A DNA stretch of 61,922 nucleotides from a virus. Lineage: Duplodnaviria; Caudoviricetes. The stretch is from positions 1 through 61,922 of IMG/VR virus record IMGVR_UViG_3300009678_000065, one strand, 5' to 3'. The position numbers and the translations under genes were made by a program. Under the pieces are notes generated by a model. It was given only the letters and a program-made list of their open reading frames with translations. It searched no databases and had not been told where the DNA came from. Below are positions 44,852-52,220 of the stretch, piece by piece (the first letter of the stretch is position 1; each line of letters starts with the position of its first letter).

Positions 44852-45406
44852 CTACTCCTTCTTTGATGACTTGACGCGCGACAGGTCGGCTTTGAGAAAG
44901 ACCTTCACGCCAGGAACCGAACTCCGAACCTCCGTAGTGTCTTCCTCGCCGTTCTCACCAGGGATGGTGATGACTTGTAGTTCGCCCCTGGCCGCTTCAT
45001 CTTTCACGAATGATTTGAGACGGCTGGCCAGCTCCGTGTTGGAGAGGTTGAGCTGATCCTCCATGCCGTGGGTGCGGAAGTACTCGACGATCGCTGCGGG
45101 GTCTTCGCACACCGGGTAAGGCTCAAACTTCTCCGTCCAGGTGTAGCCGTTGACCATCGCGCCATCGACACCCTTCGCTGCGAGACGCTTGCGGATGAGG
45201 ATCTCGCGGGCGTCCATCTTGAGTTTGTTCGCCTTCACCAGGGCGGCAAGGTCGTCGGACTCTTTCCACAGCGCGTTGTACTCGTCGGTGAGCTGGCCGA
45301 TGTCGGCCGCGTCGATCTTGTTCAGTTCCTCGCCCAAGGCCATGTCCCGAAGCGTCGGAGCCTTCTCTGGAACCTTGCCTTTGAGGTGCGCCCATTTACT
45401 TGCCAT
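44852..45406 (-). CDS. Conserved phage replication-region protein
   Basis: Coiled N-terminus, LKSFVK..VPGVKVF; between SSB-like gene and helicase. Confidence 0.6.
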   Translation of the reverse strand: MASKWAHLKGKVPEKAPTLRDMALGEELNKIDAADIGQLTDEYNALWKESDDLAALVKANKLKMDAREILIRKRLAAKGVDGAMVNGYTWTEKFEPYPVCEDPAAIVEYFRTHGMEDQLNLSNTELASRLKSFVKDEAARGELQVITIPGENGEEDTTEVRSSVPGVKVFLKADLSRVKSSKKE

Positions 45407-45412
45407 GCGGTT

Positions 45413-45709
45413 TCAACTCCCTGCAGGAATCGTGCCTGCCATTTGTGTCCCCGGTTGGGGACACCGTTTCCGTTGGATCACCGCGACGAGGTCGCGTGGC
45501 CCAACGAGCCTGGCCCCGCACCGAATGGCGAGGTCACGTTTGGTGACGCAGACATCGAAGTGCTCTCGATGCGTGCCCGCGTCTTGAAGGTGCCGTCGAT
45601 CGACACCGATCGTGTCGGCCATCGCCAGCAACTCATTGGTGGTGTCCGCGATCATGTGGCACATGAACATGCCGCGATAGCGCGCCCGGTAGTTGTCAAC
45701 GTAGATCAT
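45413..45709 (-). CDS. DUF4031 protein
   Basis: MIYVD..CHMIADT..EL..MA..IG..HFD..R..AI..GA. Confidence 0.85.
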   Translation of the reverse strand: MIYVDNYRARYRGMFMCHMIADTTNELLAMADTIGVDRRHLQDAGTHREHFDVCVTKRDLAIRCGARLVGPRDLVAVIQRKRCPQPGTQMAGTIPAGS

Positions 45710-46025
45710 GGGTGGGCACCAGAACATCGATGTGTTGATCCACCCATCGAGTGTAGAACCAGAACCGCACGCCCACTTTACGCTTGCCCGGATCAGAGCA
45801 GCGTCCGTCCATCCAGTGGGCGCGGATGGTGATCAAATGCCACCACGGCCAGGTCTGAGGACCGTGCGTGGGGTTCCATTTCCACTTCCAGTCGTCGCGA
45901 GCACTGTACGTGAGGAATGATCTCACCCACGGATGGTCGCGCCACATCGTAGCGTGGTAGATGAAGAGAGAACCCTCTTCCATGAGCAACCACACGAGCA
46001 TGCCGAACGCAATCAAGTAGATCAT
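45696..46025 (-). CDS. Trp-rich membrane protein
   Basis: N-terminal TM; ATGA overlap. Confidence 0.5.
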   Translation of the reverse strand: MIYLIAFGMLVWLLMEEGSLFIYHATMWRDHPWVRSFLTYSARDDWKWKWNPTHGPQTWPWWHLITIRAHWMDGRCSDPGKRKVGVRFWFYTRWVDQHIDVLVPTHDLR

Positions 46026-46402
46026 TTGATTTTCCTTAAGTAGCGTGCCGCAGCACGAAGTACCACCGGGTTTTCTCCAAACAAGGACAGGCCACTGTTG
46101 CAGCGACGACAGAGCAAGCCACGAATGACTTTCGTTTTGTGGTTGTGATCCACGGCGAGACGGCTACGCTTGCCGGTGACTTGGTGCTTGATGCGTTCTG
46201 GTCGTCGGCAGATCGCACACCGATGTAATTGCTTCCGTGAGAGTCGATCGTAGTCTTCCTTCGTGAGGCCCAGACGTCGCGCAGTCCACGTTCCGATCTT
46301 CTGGTGGTAGTGTTTCTTGACGTTGGACAGAGCCTTGGTGCGATTGTTCCAGTAGTACTTTCGACTGGACGCACGATGAACGGCCTTGGACTTGTATGGC
46401 AT
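46022..46402 (-). CDS. Endonuclease VII-like HNH nuclease
   Basis: CAIC..LAVDHNH..IRGLLC..CN. Confidence 0.88.
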   Translation of the reverse strand: MPYKSKAVHRASSRKYYWNNRTKALSNVKKHYHQKIGTWTARRLGLTKEDYDRLSRKQLHRCAICRRPERIKHQVTGKRSRLAVDHNHKTKVIRGLLCRRCNSGLSLFGENPVVLRAAARYLRKIK

Positions 46403-48069
46403 CAGCCTTCGTCCTGTAGCTTCTGACGCCAGGTGGCCGTGGTCCACTGAGCAATGTCATCCTTGCCGCGAAGGGCCGCGAGGATATGATGGTCGATGGT
46501 ACGCTGGCCTTTGGGGCCGGTGGCGACCACGTCCACGTACTGAATCTTCTCCGTTTGGCCTGGCCGGTCAATGCGCCCGCGTGCCTGCAGGAACACCCGA
46601 AGGTTAAAGTCGTGGCTCAGGTTCACGGCCATGCTGGCACCCGAGAGGTTGAGGGCCGCGCCGCCCGCCTGTGGGCTGCCGACCACGCCGTTCTTGCGGT
46701 CGGGGATGATGGCCGGGTTCAACGCGCGCACGGCCAGCTCACGCTCGGCCTTCTTCTGCCCGCCGTACAGCAGGAACATCTCGCGGTCCAGGTGTCTCTT
46801 CGGGGACCCAGGCTCGAACGCCGCAGCGCAACGCTCGATCTCCTTGCGGAAGCGTGCCCACACCAACAGCCTGGGGGGTAAAGGATCGATGTGCGACAGC
46901 CAATCGAGAAACCCATCGAGCTTCTCGCGGCCGATCTCCTTGGTTTCCGCTTCAACTAGCGCTGGGATGAATCCACTCTCCTCATCGATCAAGTCGTCGA
47001 GGCTGGCCATCTCCGGGTCCACGCCCTCCATCGACATGTCAAACTCACGGATGCCACCAAGGTAGCCGCTGGTGATCTGGGCCAGGCGCAGGCCGCGCAC
47101 GATCGCTTGCTGCGTCATGCTGGCCTTGGAGATTCCCGAGCCGTCGTCGATCCATGCGAGCATGTTGTCTCGCATGTCCCTGTACATTTTCCAGGTGGTT
47201 TTATCGTCGAGCTTGGCCTCCACCATCACTGGATCAAGAATATCCGGTAGGTCGAAGCACTCTCGAGTCTTTCGTCGCAGCACGTGCGGAGCGACCTTGG
47301 CGCGCAACTCCTCCAGATTCTGCCATCCGACGATCATGGGGAAGTTGACGTTGGGCTTCAGCAACGCATAGTGCTGACGGAAGCGGGTCGTGGAGGTAGA
47401 GATCTTACTGCGGCCAAAGCGGTCCCGGTACTCGAACCCGAGAATGCTGTCGTCCAGCATCTTCATCTGGGCGTTAAGATCCATCGGGTTGTCAGCGATG
47501 GGAGTGCCGTTCAACAGGGTGACCCGCTTGGCCATCTTGCGTATCGTGTACGCTGCCTTGAACTGGACCGCGCCCTGGTCCTTGAGCATCCATGATTCGT
47601 CGCAGACCAACCAGAACCTACGCAGGGCCAGGTACTTGAGCAGAGGATGGAGACGCTCTTCGCGTCGGACGAATTCATAGTTGGTCACCAGCCATCGTAG
47701 AAACGTGTCTTCGTCGGTGCGTGAACCGTGGATGCCTCGCTGCACCCGCAGGTCCGGGTTGGCGATCGAGTACTCTCGGCAAGCGTACGGCACCGTGGGC
47801 CAGCTGTGCTTGGCGATTTCGCCCAGGGCCGGGTCCGGGTTGGCCCACACACCTCGCGCGAACGCCGGGCAGAGCACCAGGATCAGGTCCAGTTCACCAG
47901 CCTCGAACAGCAACTGGGCCGCGTCAATAATCTGTTTCGTCTTACCGCATCCGACCTCGTCGGCAAGCAGGAAGATGTCTCGCTCGACGAGAGCGAACAC
48001 TCCGTCCCTCTGATGTTGCTTCGGCGGGTACGTGCATCGGTGTTCCCAGGAGGTGGTTGTGGTCGTCAT
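46402..48069 (-). CDS. SNF2-family SF2 helicase
   Basis: LADEVGCGKT, VCDESW, LNGTPI, QARGRIDRPGQ. Confidence 0.92.
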   Translation of the reverse strand: MTTTTTSWEHRCTYPPKQHQRDGVFALVERDIFLLADEVGCGKTKQIIDAAQLLFEAGELDLILVLCPAFARGVWANPDPALGEIAKHSWPTVPYACREYSIANPDLRVQRGIHGSRTDEDTFLRWLVTNYEFVRREERLHPLLKYLALRRFWLVCDESWMLKDQGAVQFKAAYTIRKMAKRVTLLNGTPIADNPMDLNAQMKMLDDSILGFEYRDRFGRSKISTSTTRFRQHYALLKPNVNFPMIVGWQNLEELRAKVAPHVLRRKTRECFDLPDILDPVMVEAKLDDKTTWKMYRDMRDNMLAWIDDGSGISKASMTQQAIVRGLRLAQITSGYLGGIREFDMSMEGVDPEMASLDDLIDEESGFIPALVEAETKEIGREKLDGFLDWLSHIDPLPPRLLVWARFRKEIERCAAAFEPGSPKRHLDREMFLLYGGQKKAERELAVRALNPAIIPDRKNGVVGSPQAGGAALNLSGASMAVNLSHDFNLRVFLQARGRIDRPGQTEKIQYVDVVATGPKGQRTIDHHILAALRGKDDIAQWTTATWRQKLQDEG

Positions 48070-48331
48070 GCTCTATTGGTTGAGTGACCATAGTGCCCTC
48101 CATCCGTTTCACGCAGCGCCAGCAGTCGCCGCCGCAGTTCATCCTTGGATCGTCCGGTGCTGCCGACCGCCAGTGGACCATCTGGCGACCGCAGGTCTTA
48201 CATTTGCCTGGATTGATATCGTGGGTCCGAGGCACTGACGACCTCCGTCCGTGGAAACAACTTGGACCCGAGATAGGCGAGAGCGAGGTACGCCGCGCCC
48301 ATCCCAGCTAGAATATCGATGATCGTGTGGT

Positions 48332-49330
48332 TCAAGCTGACTCCTTCGTTGGATACTTGCCGTCGATGGCTGCTTTGCAGATGGCCTTGACCTCCGGCGA
48401 CATGCCCGTGGCCGTGAACGCTATCCACTCTAGGTCGCGTTTGGTCATCATGTCAAGCCTTTTGCCAGACCATTTCTTGCCAAAGTTCACAACCGCCGCG
48501 CCATCCTTCCACACGATCTTCCCTTCGGGGTCGATCGCGTTCGGGTCGCGCGGGTAGCACAGTTCGTGGAGTTCGGCCAACGTACGGGGCAGGTTGGGGA
48601 AACGTTGCAGCTGGGCCACGATGACCCGCAACGACGCGTGAACGTCGGCGGACGCACCGTGCGCGCCAGCGTGGTCCTCATCCAGGAACGCCCGTACGGC
48701 ATCGCTGAGGCTGCGTCCCTGGGCGACCTGCCAGAGCCGGTACCCGTCCAGAATGCGGGCACCACTGTACGACCAGACCTTGCTCACCCGCTCGAACTCG
48801 GCTTTGATGAGCGGCAGGTCGTAGCTCTTCATGTTGTACCCGCCGTAGTCACAGTCTTGGAATCCACGCAGAAAGCTGTCGGCCAAGGCCGCAAATGTGG
48901 GTGCGTCCTTCACCATCTCGTCGGTGATGCCGTGGCCCTCGTAGACACCACCCTCCCCGAAGGTGGCCTCCTTGGGAATCGGGATGGTGGGGTTGATGTA
49001 CGTGTGCCAGTCGCGCATCGAGCCGTCCGGTTTGATCTCCGTGAAGTGCAGAGAGCAGATGCGGTCGGTCGATGGGTTGCGTCCGGTGGTCTCGGTGTCC
49101 AGGATGAACAGCGGGCGGTCCAACGGCACCAGTTCGATGAGAGACTTCACCGCTTGCAAGAGCAAGATCCGTCGGTGCTGGATCTCCATCATCCGTTTGT
49201 AGTTGGCCTCGTGCTCTTCAAAGGTCAGCTGGTGGCCAGGGCACTCCGGCAGCAGGCTGCCCTCCGCGCCACCGCATACCAGGCAGTTGGCCAGGCCGTC
49301 GTCGCGGCCTTCTTCTAGTTGATGTTCCAC
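48332..49330 (-). CDS. DEDDh 3'-5' exonuclease (DnaQ-like) with N-terminal Cys motif
   Basis: ILDTETTG, GYNMKSYDL, AHGASADV, VNFGK. Confidence 0.88.
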   Translation of the reverse strand: MEHQLEEGRDDGLANCLVCGGAEGSLLPECPGHQLTFEEHEANYKRMMEIQHRRILLLQAVKSLIELVPLDRPLFILDTETTGRNPSTDRICSLHFTEIKPDGSMRDWHTYINPTIPIPKEATFGEGGVYEGHGITDEMVKDAPTFAALADSFLRGFQDCDYGGYNMKSYDLPLIKAEFERVSKVWSYSGARILDGYRLWQVAQGRSLSDAVRAFLDEDHAGAHGASADVHASLRVIVAQLQRFPNLPRTLAELHELCYPRDPNAIDPEGKIVWKDGAAVVNFGKKWSGKRLDMMTKRDLEWIAFTATGMSPEVKAICKAAIDGKYPTKESA

Positions 49331-49335
49331 GGGTT

Positions 49336-49590
49336 CTACTTTCGGGGTGGCGGTGCTTCTTGCACGCTGCCGTCTCTGAGAATCAACCCGGTGGTCCGAT
49401 GGCACTTCGGACAGGCGGACGCGATGGCACCGCCTTGGTTGACGGGGACCGTCCATACGTGTTGGCACCCTGGGTCCTTCTCAGTGCCCTTGCAGATCAC
49501 TTCACCGGAGTACCGCCAACCGATCCGCGCGCCCTCGACGGCGCTGCCGCCACCGAGTCGAGCGAAGGGTGAGTCTGGGTCCATTGGCAT
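49336..49590 (-). CDS. Zn-ribbon protein
   Basis: C..PGC..CPKC. Confidence 0.55.
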   Translation of the reverse strand: MPMDPDSPFARLGGGSAVEGARIGWRYSGEVICKGTEKDPGCQHVWTVPVNQGGAIASACPKCHRTTGLILRDGSVQEAPPPRK

Positions 49591-49825
49591 TACGTGGTCC
49601 TCTTGATGGCCGCGCAGATTTCGTCGCGGATGGTGGTGATGCGTCGGTGGAAACCCTCCGTCTTGTCGAGCGGCACGAACGGCTGCTTGCGCGCGATCAG
49701 CGGATGCAGGTGCGTGGTGACAATGATCACCGCTCGATGCGCGACGTTCTCCGGGTAGTGAATGGTGCAGTGGTCCCGGCCCTCGTTGGCCTGGGCGATG
49801 CAGCCTGGGTACTTGCAGGGGTTGA

Positions 49826-50050
49826 TCACTTCTTCATCACCCCAACGCCCAGAGGCCATTCCAGAACTCCGTCAGGGCCGGGCACCGGCCACCGTGACAG
49901 CTGGTAGATCTTGTCGCACGCGGGGTTCTGACAGGGCCTCGTCGCGCCCACTGCACCGACCAACATGAAGCTGGTCTTGCATGGACACTCGATCTGAATG
50001 GTGATGAAGAAGTCCGTGACCTTTGGTTGACCGATGATCGGAATGTTCAT
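49826..50050 (-). CDS. Zn-ribbon protein
   Basis: CPC..CQNPAC; ATGA overlap. Confidence 0.5.
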   Translation of the reverse strand: MNIPIIGQPKVTDFFITIQIECPCKTSFMLVGAVGATRPCQNPACDKIYQLSRWPVPGPDGVLEWPLGVGVMKK

Positions 50051-50556
50051 GGCTTGATTCCCTGTAGCGATTTGATGACCAGGATCGTTGGGATCGTGTA
50101 CGACCAATCGTTGACGGTGATCGCCCCGTGAACGTTCAGGGCGCTGATGACGTCGCCCCGCGTGAATTCCCCGAGGGACGTCACCATCGGTTCAGTACCG
50201 ATCTTGTTCCACTCGCTTGGCCCGGCCACCCTGGGCCACAGCTTGGCGAACAGCGCGCGTGGTTGCCACACGGTGACCTGGTAAGGATCGTCTTCGTAGA
50301 CGACCACCCAGGACCGTCCGCCATGCACCGCGCCCAGGCGATGGCACAAGGACAGCTGCGCTCCGTCGCAGATCTCCTTGAGCGACCGACCGACCTTCTG
50401 GTGCTTCAGTTCGATGCCCGCCCACCTGGCCAGCATGTGAACGGAGATGTCCGGGATACCTCGGGTTCCGGTGTCCATATGCTTGAGGACCTCGGAGCCG
50501 GGTAAGCGGCCCCGAAGGTCCTTCAAGACTTCCACGGTGATCGATCGCTCGTTCAT
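50047..50556 (-). CDS. VRR-NUC / PD-(D/E)xK nuclease
   Basis: E.S..RGIPDI..GIELK..Q. Confidence 0.75.
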   Translation of the reverse strand: MNERSITVEVLKDLRGRLPGSEVLKHMDTGTRGIPDISVHMLARWAGIELKHQKVGRSLKEICDGAQLSLCHRLGAVHGGRSWVVVYEDDPYQVTVWQPRALFAKLWPRVAGPSEWNKIGTEPMVTSLGEFTRGDVISALNVHGAITVNDWSYTIPTILVIKSLQGIKP

Positions 50557-50888
50557 GCACCCTTGATCTGAACACCGTGTTTCATCGCGTCGAGCACCGA
50601 TCGCTCGACCTTGCGTTTGATCCGATCGAGGGCCTGCTGTACTGGTACGCCGCCGTCGAACGTTGTCGTGCATCGACAGTTGGGAGTCGGCGGAAACACG
50701 TCCGAGTCCTTGATGACCGCCTCGCTCAGCCCGTACGTGTACGCCGGGCCACCGAAGTCCATCTGCAACCGTACCTGGTCAGGCGTCTTCACGAACATCG
50801 CGCGCCGACGTCGGCCTGGGTCGATGTACAGTCTCTCGCCTGTCATCACCCGATCGAGTAGCTGCGATTGCCAGGCGGCAACCGGCAT
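50553..50888 (-). CDS. Mosaic protein with TerL-, portal-, gpF- and tape-measure-like micro-motifs
   Basis: WQSQLLDRVMTGERLYIDPG / KTPDQVR / PPTPNCRCTT / RKVERSVLDAMKHGVQI; start codon uncertain. Confidence 0.5.
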   Translation of the reverse strand: MPVAAWQSQLLDRVMTGERLYIDPGRRRRAMFVKTPDQVRLQMDFGGPAYTYGLSEAVIKDSDVFPPTPNCRCTTTFDGGVPVQQALDRIKRKVERSVLDAMKHGVQIKGA

Positions 50889-50910
50889 CGAGGTGATGAG
50901 CGACCAGAGA

Positions 50911-51912
50911 TCAGTAAGAGACCTGAAATGGACGCACCAGGACCGAGATCCCGGTGAGGTCCTTTCCGGCGATCTTGTTCTCGGTGGCGTAGTCCACCAT
51001 GACAGCGGTCTTCGCCGCCGCCTCGTCCTTGGCCAGGAACGGCGCGACCACCTTGGCGATCTCGGTCGGCGTGCCCTTGTCGTCCACCTTCACCACCACC
51101 GCATCAAAGATTCTCATGTCGTCTGTCTCCTTAAAGTTGAGTGCGAAACTCATTTTACCGCTCCGAAGTATGCCGTTCGCGTAGCCTACGTTCGGTGTGA
51201 TCCACTCCTTCGTGATCAACTCCTTCAGGCGACGCTTCTGTTCCAGCGTCTGCTCCATGTACTCGTCACAGTCCTTGATCGTCGCATATGCGTCGTGCAG
51301 CACCGGCTTGCCGTAGGTCGGGTCGGCGGTGAGAATGTGGTAGGGGATGCCCAGGTTCTTCGACATCTGAACCAGCTGCGACTTGGCCAGCGACTCCGCG
51401 TGGTAGTCGCGCCGTTCAGTGTTAGACACGACGTGAACCGACACCCGGCCGCGTAGGGGATCGAGCTGGCCGACGTATCCGCTGACTTGGGTTTCTTGGC
51501 CCTCAAGCACCAGATGCACCATCTGGTTGTGAGCGAACAGAGCCTCGAAGCCCGAAAAGTACCTTTCGGGAACGTGGAAGGTAACGACCTTCAGCGAGGG
51601 CTTGATGTAGCTGTCGTGGCCGAAGGTGGTGTCCCGTGGTCCCTCGTAATGTAGGTCGATCGTCTCGCCATCGAGGATGGCGAAGTGGGTGAAGCTCACC
51701 TCGATGGGCGGGCATTCGACGGTCACGTTCCAGTGAGGCTTGTTCTTCATGCGCTGGGTCTTGATGATGATCCCTTCGATCTTGCCCACGTCGGTGGTGC
51801 TGGCGTCAACGCGCATCCGCTTGCCCACCGGGTAGTACATGATCTGTCCGTCAGTGCAGACAAACTCCACGCGCCGATTGCGCGGGTCACCAATCTTAAA
51901 ACGTACACTCAT
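50911..51912 (-). CDS. Multidomain protein with tube-like and portal-like segments; probable nested in-frame start at 51117
   Basis: TAATG coupling at 51912; AAGGAG 9 nt before ATG 51117 (MRIFDAVVV..VLVRPF). Confidence 0.6.
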   Translation of the reverse strand: MSVRFKIGDPRNRRVEFVCTDGQIMYYPVGKRMRVDASTTDVGKIEGIIIKTQRMKNKPHWNVTVECPPIEVSFTHFAILDGETIDLHYEGPRDTTFGHDSYIKPSLKVVTFHVPERYFSGFEALFAHNQMVHLVLEGQETQVSGYVGQLDPLRGRVSVHVVSNTERRDYHAESLAKSQLVQMSKNLGIPYHILTADPTYGKPVLHDAYATIKDCDEYMEQTLEQKRRLKELITKEWITPNVGYANGILRSGKMSFALNFKETDDMRIFDAVVVKVDDKGTPTEIAKVVAPFLAKDEAAAKTAVMVDYATENKIAGKDLTGISVLVRPFQVSY

Positions 51913-52220
51913 TATCGTCTCATCCAACCAGAGGACTGCTTGGTTTTACGTGGCTTGTTGCGTGTCCGTTGCCAAGGGCCGGTGTCCAGTAAAAGCTCCA
52001 GGGCGTCCACGAATTGCTTCAGGTCGCCGTCGTTTCTGAACCATTCTCCGGTCACTCGTTGCACGTTGAACCATTGGTGCAATTCCTTCTCCATCCTCGG
52101 TGACCCGGCGACCAGCTTGACGGGACCGTCTGGTTCCAGCTCCCTGGCCCGTCGCTTTGGGTTTCGACTGAATCCAATCTTCACCAGACCAGCCTTCGGT
52201 GCGAAGTACACAAAGCTCAT
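51912..52220 (-). CDS. GIY-YIG (T5orf172-like) nuclease
   Basis: FVYF..VKIGFSRNP..R..EKELH.WF..GEWF. Confidence 0.82.
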   Translation of the reverse strand: MSFVYFAPKAGLVKIGFSRNPKRRARELEPDGPVKLVAGSPRMEKELHQWFNVQRVTGEWFRNDGDLKQFVDALELLLDTGPWQRTRNKPRKTKQSSGWMRR

